A stretch of 64,000 bases of DNA from Callorhinchus milii (lineage: Eukaryota): NCBI RefSeq assembly GCF_018977255.1, contig NW_024704742.1, positions 50,594,001 to 50,658,000 of the forward strand. The letters run 5' to 3'. Shown here piece by piece: positions 1 to 11,348 of the stretch. A program made the translations under genes and the position numbers. Below the pieces are notes generated by a model. The model worked only from the letters and a program-made list of their open reading frames with translations, made no database searches and was not told where the DNA came from. Every line of letters begins with the position of its first letter. Positions within the stretch are counted from its first letter, which is position 1.

Positions 1-115
1 TGATGCCTTTGGTGATAGTTCTTCTAATTATTGCAATTAAAGATGCGATTGAAGATTTCAGGCGCTATAAGTTCGATCAACAGTTAAACAACCGAGTAAC
101 TGATGTGTATGACAA
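1..115 (+). CDS. ATP10D: ATP10D exon (partial, TM2): MPLVIVLLIIAIKDAIEDFRRYKFDQQLNNRVTDVYD
   Basis: Frame from position 3; KDAIEDFRR P4-ATPase motif; donor gtaag at 116. Confidence 0.93.
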
Positions 116-650
116 GTAAGCCTAGAAGTTTTCCCTTCACCCTTTTTGGCAAATATGTTGCCTTTAATACATTAAACAGAATAGTATGATTATTTATCAG
201 AATACAATAACACTTCTAAATTTTATTTGTGTTTTGAATATTTGCAGTATTTAATAGCAATGACTGACGTTCACTTTAACAATCAGCCTTAATGTAACCC
301 TCCCATCAGCATTACAGGTTTGTGAATTTAGTGGATTAAAATTAAAATAGAACATTTGTATGAATTAAGAACAAATCTAGAAGTATTCTCCCCTGCACTT
401 TGTAAGTAGATTCTCTCAGCCTATAGAATCTAGTGTTTTATGCCGAGTACATGTACCCCCCTACACTTTGCCAAGACTTTCCAAATGATGATATTACACC
501 ACATACCAGCAGATAATGTCCGTATAGATTTCTTAAAAGAGGCACTGCCATGAAGAGACACTCTGACAACTGAACTTTTTATCAAAAGGAAAGATTGAGG
601 GGAGATGTATTTTAGATTTTGAGAATGGGAGAGTTGGATAACATAATATA

Positions 651-918
651 TAATAATAATAATAATAATCCTTGCATTTGATATAGCGCTTTTCACGTCT
701 TCTTGACATCTCAAAGCGCTTCACAGAATAGACTGTAAAGTGAATTGACTGTATATTTGTGGGCGAACGTGGCAGCCAATTGCGCATAGCAGTGTCCCAC
801 AAACAGTCGTGGATTGAAAATGACCAATTTATTATTGTTTTGTTTTGGAGGGATTATTATCAGGCGTGTGGAGTAAGGAAACTTGCCCAAGATTTCGCCC
901 TGCCTGGAATTGAACCCA
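651..918 (-). mobile_element. Young tRNA-derived SINE, short subtype, head truncated
   Basis: Matches other copies in the window; (att)n tail. Confidence 0.85.
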
Positions 919-1814
919 TAGATGTAAACAAATAATTTAACGTCGATTGTGAGCAAAGAAACAAAAAATGTCAGCACAAAAGGATGCCATTGTGTCTGTG
1001 CCATCACTACTTCTATTATTTTAATTCACTCTTTATATTAATCCCACTTTCTAATAGAACATGATTACAAAAATTTCTGGAAAAATGAGATTGAGACATT
1101 ACACATAGTTAATATTTGAAATAGACTCCCAGATTAAGTAATTGATTATCTTGTTGCAATCTGTCAATCTAATCCTATTTCAGTGCAACCCTATTGCTTG
1201 TGCTGTCAGTGAGATAATTATTTATTTATATTTAACTCCCAAGTAAGTTTTTAAAAAACATAATGGATCTATGAAGAGTATTTTTTTCAAATAGAGATTA
1301 CTTAGAGATAGAATAAACTGTAATAGACAGAAATGAAAAAGTGAAGTTAAAATAATAGGAGATATATTAAGAGGAAAAGAAAATTGAAGGAATGGAACAC
1401 CAAATGTACAGAAGTGTACATAGGAACAAAGGAATCCACATGAAGAATTATAGGTCACCTGGCTGGTCCTAAATTAAGAAATACATATTATGCCATTTCT
1501 CATACCCATCAAAAGATGTATTCCTCAAAAGCTATCTAATCATCTTTTGCATTTGCTGTCACAATCTCTCTCCACCAACACCCTGTGCAGTTCATTCAAA
1601 TTTGTGTCAATAATTATATACAGTATAAACTACCTGTTTGTCTTCCCTTTTTTGAGCTTCATTCTGTTCCTCCTGTTATAGAATGTGTCACTATGTTAAA
1701 CATATTATTAGGGTTCAGGTTATATATACCCTTTGGCATATTGAATACTTCAATAAGATCACTTCTAGTCTTCCCTCAGCTTTCGTAGCCTCCTTGTAAC
1801 TCAGATTCCAAAGA

Positions 1815-2178
1815 TTCCTGGAGCTTAGTGGTTAAAGCACTTGCCTCGCAAGCAAGAGGAACAGGGTTCAAATCCCAGCAGGGTGAAACATTGGATAAGT
1901 CTCCTTACTCTACACGCCTGTTTATCTAGCAGTAAGAAGGAACCTGGTTGTTAGTCGATTAGACAGATTGCATTTCCAATGATAATAATTCCTTAAAAAA
2001 TAATAATTTGGTCACTCAATCCACGACTGTCTGTGGGACACTGCTGTGCGCAATTGGCTGCCATGTTTTGCCCATAAAATATAAAGTCCATTCACTTTAT
2101 TGTATATTCTTTGAAGCTCTTTGAGACATCTCAAAGATGTGATAAGGCGCTATATCAAATGCAAGAATTATTATTATT
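1815..2178 (+). mobile_element. Young tRNA-derived SINE, long subtype
   Basis: A/B-box-like head, central block, LINE2-like tail with (att)n. Confidence 0.88.
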
Positions 2179-2312
2179 CTAGTTATAGATTTAGTTGTCC
2201 TTTGCTCTACCCTCTCTAATGTGGGTTATTTGCAATAGCCGCTGTGTTTTTTATTTTGAATTTTGAAAAGTCCTGGTTCCTAATTCTGAATTGATGAGTT
2301 TATCATTTTCAG

Positions 2313-2517
2313 AGAGGAGAAGGACTACGTTCCACAATGGTGGAAGGAAGTGCATGTTGGAGATTTTATTCGATTGAACTGCAATGAGTTGATTCCAGCA
2401 GATATGGTGTTGTTGTACTCCTCTGATGATGACGGAATCTGCCACATTGAAACCTCCAATTTAGATGGTGAGACCAACTTGAAACAACGAGAGGTGGTGA
2501 AGGGATTGATAGAGCTG
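2313..2517 (+). CDS. ATP10D: ATP10D exon, A domain: [21 protein letters not shown]...[23 protein letters not shown]
   Basis: Acceptor ttttcag, donor gtaagg; DGET motif. Confidence 0.95.
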
Positions 2518-2635
2518 GTAAGGAACTTTTTTAAGCATTAATGACCTGAAGTACATAGTACAAAAGAATTGAAACATTCCTCTCTCACTAATAGTTCTGT
2601 ATTTTATCATATATAACACACTCTTAGAGAATGTT

Positions 2636-3003
2636 GTGATCCTGCAGCTTAATGGTTGGAACATTCACCTCACAAGCAAGAGGACCTGGGTTCAATTCCC
2701 AGGCAGGGCGAAACATTGGGCAAATTTTCTTACGCCACACGCTTATGTTTATCTAGCAGTAAGTAGGAATCCGGTTGTTAGTTCATTGGCGGAATGCTTT
2801 TCCGGGGGTAATAATCTCTTAAAAAAAAAAAATTTGGTCACTCAATCCACGACTGTTTGTGGGACACTGCTGTACGCAATTGGCTGCCGAGTTTCGCCCA
2901 CAAAATATACAGTCAATTCACTTTACAGTATATTCTGTGAAGCGCTTTGAGACCTCTCGAAGACGTGATAAGGCGCTATATCAAATGCAAGGATTATTAT
3001 TAT
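2636..3003 (+). mobile_element. Young tRNA-derived SINE, long subtype
   Basis: Co-linear with 1815-2178. Confidence 0.88.
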
Positions 3004-3280
3004 GTTGTTTAATTTTAGCACATGTGCACTCAGGATTTAGGTTGCTAATGCTGTTTATATGGTGCATATTGAGTAATCTTGGTGTAGCAGTGATTTTCTA
3101 CCAGAAGTGTTACATAAATGAGAACGCAGCCATCATGAATCTCACTGGAGCTGGGTAGATAGTTTCAAGAGCAGATCAATTCACTGAATTGTATGGCATT
3201 ACCTCTCTGTTGACATCATTGAATATCCCACCTAATATTTTTTAATAGTAAAGATACAATTGTACTCTACAACAGTACTA

Positions 3281-3985
3281 AACAACAACGACATGCATTT
3301 ATATAGCGTCCTTCATGCAGAATAACGTCCTGGAACACTTCACAGTGGCGGAGTCTGACAATGAGCCAGGGGGAAAGGAAGGGGGAGGTGACCGTAAGCA
3401 TGATCAAAAAGAAAGATCTTTAGGCAGGATTTGAAGATGGGGAAAGAAGGGGCAAGGCGGAGGGAATGAAGGAGAGAGTTCCCGAGTTTTGGGGCACAGT
3501 GGCTGAAGGCTCGGCCGCTGATGGTGGAACGGAGGGCACGAGGGAAAAACAGGAGGCCAGAGCCAGCTGAGTGGAGGTAGCGGGTGGTGAAGTAGGGGGT
3601 AAGCAGGTCGGATAGTAGGGAGGTGCGAGATCATGAAGGGATTTGAAAACGTGTGAAAGGATCTTGAAATTGATCAGTTCGGTGATTGGGAGCCAGTGGA
3701 GCTTGGCAAGGACTGGAGTTTCGTGCAGGTGAGTATCCAGGCGGCGGAGTTATGAATTAATTGGGGAGCTGGAGAGACTGGCAAGGAAGGGATTAGAATA
3801 GTCAAACTGGGAAGTACTGAAGGCGTGGAAGAGGGTTTCAGCTGTATTGGTTGTGAGTTATGGACGGAAGTGGGCAATGTGGCAGAGGTGGAAAAAAGCA
3901 GTCCTGGTCAGGGAATGGAGGTGTGTTAGAAAGCGAAGCTGGGGATCGAACCTTACGCCTAAGTTGCAAGCAGATTCAGAGAGTC
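3281..3985 (-). mobile_element. LINE2 3' fragment
   Basis: Degenerate ORF2 C-terminus and (gtt)n tail; similar to the 14565-16790 element. Confidence 0.75.
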
Positions 3986-5270
3986 TAAGGGAGAACTCTC
4001 TGTCTCCCCTCACTCAACAACAAATTCACCTTTCACGTTGGAAGGATATCTTTTCAATTGCATTTATTTATTAATATACATTCATTAAATAATTAATTTA
4101 AATTCACTCAATTTATTTATTTCCTAACAGGTAGGTAAATTCACTCACATACTGTGTTCTGCAATGTGCTAATGTTTATATGCCAAAATCGATTCTATTC
4201 CAGATTCATTTTGTAATTATTATGCCTGCACAGCGTATGCAGCCTGTCAGTGACCATGTCTGCAAGTCAATCAGATTGCAGAAAAATCTGTGGATTGTTA
4301 ACATACAGAAGATAACGCTGGTTAGCCCCACCATGGCAGTTGGGCCTTCAGCCTCTCTGCCCCCATCGTTTAGAACTCCATCCAACAGTCCCTTCAACTC
4401 GCTCCCTCCCTTGCCTCCTTCAAGGCACGCCTCAAGACGCTCCTCTTCGACCACATATTCGGTCATCCTCCTACCCCTAACCTCCCTGCCCTCCACCGCT
4501 CCTGATCTCACCCCCAATCCCCTGCTCAGGACTTGGGACATCCTCCCGATGTGAAAGGCCCGATACAAATGTAATTTGTTGTTGTTAGCTAATCAGTAAC
4601 AAGATAGTACAAATTTAAAATAGTCACACAAAAGAAGGGGGAAATCAGAAAAGGAAAGCTACTATTAAGGTTTCCAGATACAAAAAATGTTCAGATTTTA
4701 AAAACAGGCTACCTGAGCAAGACCGGCACTGAGGCAGATGAAGACAGACTTGGTTCACAACTCATGCTTTATTCAAACAGGGTTGAAGTTTCCATCGACC
4801 CCACAGACAGACAATAACTTCCAACAATCTCACAAGGATGCAGGCACCTGAGCAGTGTCCTGCAATTCATCTTACTCTCACTCACAATTCCCTCTGGTAC
4901 AAAATAATCAGGCCTCTAACAGTCTCTAAAGGCACTGCATGCAACAACTTTCTCTGGAACAGCCCTGACCCAGGCATTTGTCTTAGGCCTCAGGCCTCCT
5001 TTGTTTGCTGGCCTTCCTTCCTCAGGTCCCCATGTCTGCAGTTGATGTCACCAAGACGGAGCATGTACAGGTTGGAGGAACGCCGTACGAGATGGTCAAA
5101 GAGGAAGGCTTCACTTTTCCAGATTTGATGTGCTAAATTTCCTGCATCTGTGCTGTAATATTCTATGATCCCATAATGTAATCTGAGAACAATAGATTAA
5201 AGAATACACCATAATAGCTTTGAGGAAAGATGGAAATGCCAAAACTTTACAATGTCGGATTTCCGTGCAG

Positions 5271-5356
5271 GACTTTGAAATTAACCCTGAAATGTTCAGG
5301 AGCAGAATAGAATGTGAAAATCCTAACAACGATCTAAACAAGTTCAAAGGTTTTAT
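5271..5356 (+). CDS. ATP10D: ATP10D exon: DFEINPEMFRSRIECENPNNDLNKFKGF
   Basis: Acceptor gtgcag, donor gtaagt; ECExPNxDLxxFxG motif; phases fit. Confidence 0.93.
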
Positions 5357-5503
5357 GTAAGTATTCAGAATTTCATACCCACCCACATCTATACAATTTT
5401 AAGGGAGCACAAATTTAATTGAAAATAAGATTCTGGTACCTATCATCCACCTAGTGAGGGTTCAAACCTGTACTTGTCAGATGTCAAATGACCAACTAGT
5501 GAC

Positions 5504-5864
5504 TATCCTTCTTGGGCAGAGGGAGACACGATCTCCTTGGAGCTGAACTGGTTCCAAGATAATATGTTTGGCAACAGAATGTCAGAATTGAGCCAGCCCT
5601 CTGTGGCAGTATTGGTAGTCCAGTTCCTGAGCCAGGTGGGTCCATAGTATTCCAGAGCACTGCTGGTAACAGTACAGCCAGGCTGTCTCGTTGGCACGAC
5701 TTAGGTAAGCAGGGTGCGTCTCTCCAGAGAAGAGATTCCAACAATCTTATCTCTGGAATTTCCATGTGTAGGTGGATGCATGGAATTCTCAGTTTGGGTT
5801 GGATACTCTCAAGCACGATGATGGGTTTGGTTTCCATATGTCTCCGACACTTAGAAGACCAAAA
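5504..5864 (+). mobile_element. Unclassified poly(A)-ended interspersed repeat, internally deleted copy
   Basis: Co-linear with 29265-29845; related fragments at 7725-7840 and 26660-26815 (both minus). Confidence 0.75.
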
Positions 5865-5984
5865 CCTCCCACTAATGTTTACCTCGTGCTATATGTGATT
5901 GACATAGCGATGCAATTTGCTTTGACACAACATTGTATCACAACATTTCTAGGTGTCATCCCGGCTATGTTTGTACCAATCTTG

Positions 5985-6275
5985 CCTTTGAATCAGGAGT
6001 TTGCGAGTTCAAATCCCACATTGGGACACTGAGCTCCTAATCTAGGCTGACTAATCTAATGTAGTGCTGAGGGGAGTGCACATTGTTGGATGTGCTGTCT
6101 TTCAGGTGAAACCTTAATTGAGGTAATGTTTGTCTCTTCAGAGGTAAGGGAGTTTCTTCTTGCACCCCAGCTAGGAATCTTCCAATTTAAAAGAAAATGG
6201 TAATTCATTTAATGGCTGTTTGTGTATCATTATTGTGCATAAATTGGCTGCCATGTTCATTGCTTTGAGACATTT
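5985..6275 (+). mobile_element. Old DeuSINE (SacSINE1-like) remnant
   Basis: aatctaggctgac...gtgctgaggggagtgcacattgttgga...aaattggctgcc resembles the recalled Deu-domain consensus. Confidence 0.65.
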
Positions 6276-6539
6276 TGATTCGATGACCTTATGTAATTTA
6301 CTTCTCTTCTTCCTGTTTAGTGATGAAGAGGCTAACGTAAATAGCATTTTTACAAATTCTATGCCAGGATTCTAAGTTTTATTGAGCTTTGAACATCAAG
6401 ACTATTTTAAGTTTGTAAAAAGTTGAAGTGGATGTGGTTGAAGTAGTGTAATTTCATCTTGTGCATCTGTAAGAAATAAATACAACCAATGTTTTTCTTA
6501 ATTGATGCCGTTCAAGCTTTCTAATAATTCTGTCTGCAG

Positions 6540-6646
6540 AGAAAATGAGAATAAAATAAAATTTGGTCTCAGTAACAAGCATCTTTTACTTCGGAATTGT
6601 ACCATTCGAAACACTGAGGCTGTTGTGGGAATTGTCGTCTATGCAG
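6540..6646 (+). CDS. ATP10D: ATP10D exon: [36 protein letters not shown]
   Basis: Acceptor ctgcag, donor gtcagt; RNT..GIVVYAG motif. Confidence 0.94.
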
Positions 6647-7555
6647 GTCAGTGGCAATCTGAATATTAGTGGATTAAAATAGAATAATATGTATGAAAAA
6701 ATGCCTCTACTTCAATGGTTATGTTTTCTTAAACGGGCCTCTTTCATGTTCTCTGTCCTAGTTGCCTCCATCAACAGGTGGGTCTTCAGCCTTTCTGTCC
6801 TTACACTCTGGAACTCCATCCCAGCGTTCCTCCAACTTAATTCCTCCCTCAGCTCATTCAAGGTTCTGTCTCAAGATCTACCTCTTTGAGCACGCTTTTT
6901 TGGTCATCTTTTCCCTCCCCACCGTATTTGGCTTCCAAGCCAGTATTGTTAAATGTCTTGGGACATTCTCCTGACATGAAAAGTGCTATGTAAATGGAAA
7001 TTTGTATTGTATTACCTGATAAAAACAGGTACTAGATAAGGCAAAGTTTCTTGTGGCTATTGTGTCATTTCTAAATATTGGTATTGTGTATTCAAAGCAT
7101 AGGAATGTGCAAGACCAGAGAGGACCATTGCAGTTTATTGGATGGACCCAAAGTTTTTTTAAATCCTGCATTACTTTTTCACTCATACCTGTCAATTGTT
7201 TACCCACTAGCTATCACATTTTCTCTTTAATTTGTTGTCCTGCAAGAAATCATTTCTAAATTCTGACACTGCTGAGTTAATCATTTCCTATCATAGCTCT
7301 GTCAACCTTTTAGTCTTCCCATTCTTTCTACTCCTCAATCATTTCAGTGCCCTCAACCATAGTGTTAAAGAATAATGCTAGAATAATTATTCTGTGCACT
7401 ATCTGGAGAACTGAGGATAGTCTGGTTTAGTAAAGAAATCCCTTCAATTCCTCTTCATTGGTTCTCTGTTGCAGAATTAATATGAAATGTAATTATGAAT
7501 AACACTAGTGCAATAATCTTTTAGCAAGATTTTAATCGTTCTTTTCTTGATCCAG

Positions 7556-7687
7556 GCCATGAAACCAAAGCATTGCTGAACAACAGTGGTCCTCGCTATA
7601 AACGTAGCAAACTGGAAAGAAAGCTGAATATTGATGTTCTTTGGTGTGTGATCCTGCTGTTTGTAATGTGTCTGACTGGTGCAGTAG
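7556..7687 (+). CDS. ATP10D: ATP10D exon, TM3: [43 protein letters not shown]
   Basis: Acceptor atccag, donor gtaaga; GHETK/KRSKLE motif. Confidence 0.95.
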
Positions 7688-8569
7688 GTAAGAGAGAAAA
7701 TAATAGCAACAGTGAACATTGTGATTTTTTTTGTTCAGTTGAGTGTTTGACACACGGGGAAAGCCATCACCATGCTTAAGAGTATCCAAACCAAACTGAG
7801 AGTCACATGTGTGTTTGCTACCCTTACATAGAAACTTTGCCAATTTCCTGTTAGCTGAAAATATATCCAAATGGCCAGCTAGGATCCAAGTAATGATTCC
7901 CTGTAATAATCTGTGATCTCCTTGAGGGGCTGCTAAATATGGAATGTTATTACTGACTGACAAAGTTTCTAAAACAAGGGGTACAAAAATAAGAGAGCCA
8001 CAAGCAGATATAAAGAGAGCTTAGGAGAAACGTCTTTATGTGTGGTGAGACTGGAACTCATTGACAAACATTTTGGTTGAAGCAGAAAGCAAGAATATAT
8101 TTTAGAGGAAAGTTGTTGAGTACATTAAGAAGAAGGGAATAATGAGGTTTGGGAGAGTAGATTGGGTGGGGTAGAGGCTCATGTGAAATATAAATTCAAG
8201 TTTGAACTAGTTAGACTGAATGACCTGTATCTGTGCAGTACAGTCTATGTCATTTATGTAATTTTACGATGAAAGGATTGTAATATCCTTGTGGATTCAC
8301 CTCTCTGCAGCTTTTGACACTGTTGACTACTCCTATGTGAGAGGTGTATATTGTGAAGTGCAAGTTATTGGTGGTGGTGTATCAAGGCTTATGGGGCAAA
8401 AATATTTGCCAGTGGTTGGTGTGTGACTTTCAGACCAAGTGTTGGAAAAATTGGACACCTTGTTTTAAAGCTGATGTTTATCGTTAGTTTATGCTGTGAT
8501 TTTCTGCAACCTACAAAAATAAGATGGTTTCTATTTTTGGATGCTGAAACTGACTCTCTTTTTGGTAAG

Positions 8570-8697
8570 GTCATGGGATCTGGCTGGAAAAATATTTGGA
8601 AATTGCTTCTTTTAACATCCCAATGGAAAATGGGAAGGCTCTTTCTCTACCTTATGCTGTGTTCTTCACATTTTGGACCAATGTTATTTTACTGCAG
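8570..8697 (+). CDS. ATP10D: ATP10D exon, exoplasmic loop/TM4: GHGIWLEKYLEIASFNIPMENGKALSLPYAVFFTFWTNVILLQ
   Basis: AAG acceptor after a pyrimidine tract, donor gtaagg; phases 1 to 0 fit both neighbours. Confidence 0.9.
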
Positions 8698-9294
8698 GTA
8701 AGGAGGCTTCACAGTCAGTTGAAAACTGAGAGATCAAGATCAAAAATCTGATCCTGCAGATAGTTACAAGCCTTTATATCCATTCCAGAGTAAAGACAAA
8801 AGAAAATCTTAGTTCAGCACTTTTTACATTTATACCATTTTGAGTGAATGTGTAATGTCTTAGAATTCCCCACATAGGGGAATTGGACACCTCACATTTT
8901 AGGTGCAAAATATTGTGCGGTGTATAATATCCTGGGCAAAGGTCAGATTAAGCCTCAGAGTTTTGCCATCAACTATTCAATAAATGTCCAATTTCAGCAG
9001 ATTGGGTTAACCCTAGTATATAATGTAAGTTTTACTCGCAATGGCAGAAATCTGCAAGCTGCTTCCTGCTCTCCTTGTAGGTGTGAGGGAGGGAAATATA
9101 AATAAGGAAATATTTTTAAAATGGCCGTTTAATTTTCCATAAAATATTTCACTTTCTAATAATCTGCACTTCCGATTCACAACCTTTTTCGAAAGGTCTT
9201 GTTAGAAATCCATGATTGTTTTGCAAGCAGTGATAAATCTGAACATAATCATAGGCAAAAATGTAACAATTATCAGAAGTAATTTGGTTTAACA

Positions 9295-9443
9295 AATAAT
9301 AAATAATTCTTGCATTTGATATAGCGCCTTATCACGTTGTTGAGATGGCCCGAAGTGCTTCACAGAATATACTGTAAAGTGTAGTGATTGTAGTTTGTGA
9401 GCAAACGCAGCAGCCAATTGTGCACAGCAGTGTCCCACAAACA
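9295..9443 (-). mobile_element. SINE 3' half ending about 36 nt upstream of the DKTGT exon
   Basis: Same tail as the other SINE copies. Confidence 0.8.
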
Positions 9444-9479
9444 CTTGTTAGTCCTTACCTCTGACTACTTCTTTTGCAG

Positions 9480-9732
9480 GTCCTGATCCCAATCTCCTTG
9501 TATGTCTCAATTGAAATTGTCAAGTTGGGTCAAATATACTTCCTGCAGAATGATATTGATCTGTGTGATGAAAGTACCAACTCTTCCATACAGTGCCAAG
9601 CCTTGAATATCACTGAAGACTTGGGCCAGGTTGAGTACATCTTCTCAGATAAGACAGGAACACTTACTGAGAACAAAATGGTCTTCAGCCGGTGCAGCGT
9701 AGCTGGGGTTGAGTATCCCCATGAAGAAAATG
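9480..9732 (+). CDS. ATP10D: ATP10D exon with PISL and phosphorylation site DKTGT (9648-9662)
   Basis: [12 protein letters not shown]...[13 protein letters not shown]; acceptor ttgcag, donor gtatgt. Confidence 0.97.
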
Positions 9733-10459
9733 GTATGTTCCTGTTTTCTGTACAGACCTAAACTTTTATTTAGCAGTGTTAATGGTATTTGAGAATCGGT
9801 CTCATTACTGGCTCCTCACCCCCAGAAAAAGTGCTTGATATTGAGTAATGCATTGATTAAGGTGAGTGACAGTGGACAGCCTTGTCTCTTCCTTTCTCAC
9901 CCCGCAAGAACGATAAGTTAATTGAGTCTATCACCAACTTTTACACAGAGATCTTAATCTGTGCATTGCAGAGCTGGAATACAATTCATGAATAAAACCC
10001 AAAATGGATTACATTGATCTTAAAGATAGAATACACATTCTGAATAATAAAAAAAACATTGGCCATGTATTCTTACAATTTCCAGTTTCATCATGGTAAC
10101 GAGAGTTAAAATAAAATGCTAACTCTGTGGAAAAATATTGAAGACAGCTGGTGTCCATGAGTCAATTTTAATCTCTGCACGTAGAGGTCAGATTTCTGGG
10201 TATAAATAAAGGTAGTTTTAGCCAGTGTCGGCAAGATGCAAATCTGACAAAGACTGACTCACAACTGCCTGCTGCTCTCCCAGGGATCACTAACTGGTTT
10301 ATTCTCTGAAGCTTGATTGCTCACATTGTTGCATCTAGTGACAGTGGTTTAATACTCTGTATAACAATTGTTTGTTGAACTATCATAAAGGAAACAATCA
10401 TTTAACATCCAAATTGTGCACATTATTCCATCATTAATTAGATAACAAATGTTTCCTTA

Positions 10460-10830
10460 CAGTCACGAGTGCTTCATGAAATAATAGGTTGAACATTTTA
10501 GGAAAATAATTGACGCAACATAAGTGGGTTTCCCCTTGGCCTTATAATATTCCGCAGTCTCATACAAAGCTGCAACCTGCTCCACATAATCCTTACAAGA
10601 ACAGAATCCAGCCTGTTCCTTCCTGATCAAATGTATTTGTTGTACTGAATCCATCCTGATTGTTCTTTAACACCTTCTAATTTTCAAGATAGTTTATTAG
10701 GTTTTTCGAATAGACTGGCTTCACAATCGAAGTTAAACGTACTGAATTAGTAACCAACGCATTTCTCTTGACCATTTACGATTATTTCTGCAGCGATTTA
10801 TCCCAGAAGCTTTATTGCATTCACCTTTTA
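10460..10830 (-). mobile_element. Ancient non-LTR retrotransposon RT fragment (not the local LINE2)
   Basis: Translates to LTSIVKPVYSKNLINYLEN*KVLKNNQDGFS and EQAGFC...EQVAALYETAEYYKAKGKPTYVA, RT subdomain 1-2 style. Confidence 0.6.
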
Positions 10831-10954
10831 CTTGTTACTTAAGGCTCATCATATTACTGGGGTATACTAATTATCATTTGTTGAGTTCAATTATCAATGT
10901 ATGTTATCAACTTATCAATATTTATATTATTTATTGACAATAATTTCATTTATT

Positions 10955-11348
10955 GGAGCCCTGTAGCTCAGTGGTTAGAGCACTCGCCTCACAAGCGAGA
11001 AACCTGGGTTTGATTCCCGACAGGGCAAAACCTTGGGCAAGTTTCCTTGCTCCACACGCCTGATAATAATCCCTCAAAATAAAATAATAATTTGGTCACA
11101 CAATATACGACTGTTTGTGGGACACTGCTGTGCGCAATTGGCTGCCGCATTCGCCCACAAATATACAGTCAATTCACTTTACAGTGTATTCTGTGAAGCA
11201 CTTTGGGACGTCTAGAAGACATGAAAAGCGCTATATCAAATGCAAGGATTATAATTATTATTCTGTGAAGCGCTTTGAGATGTCGAGAAGATGTGAAAAG
11301 CGCTATATCAAATGCAAGGATTATTATTATGATTATTATTATTATTAC
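10955..11348 (+). mobile_element. Full-length young SINE, short subtype, with duplicated 3' tail
   Basis: Head ggagccctgtagctcagtggttagagcac...gggtttgattccc; tail unit present twice. Confidence 0.9.

Noticed and set aside
533..1007. Recurrent short ORFs such as MWDTAMRNWLPRSPTNIQSIHF... and ...[12 protein letters not shown]...
   Set aside because: Chance translations of the multicopy SINE; not a gene family.
4690..5130. Possible minus-strand solo LTR
   Set aside because: Only a tttatt hexamer and general composition; no convincing termini or TSD.
5503..5697. Peptide SSALEY(Y/C)GP(T/V)WLR shared with ORF 29237-29452
   Set aside because: Both lie in the same repeat family, antisense to its poly(A) orientation, and the frames diverge right after the motif.
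10955..11030. tRNA-like sequence with A and B boxes (also 53483, 57760-57829, 31900-31973)
   Set aside because: These are SINE heads contiguous with SINE bodies, not standalone tRNA genes.
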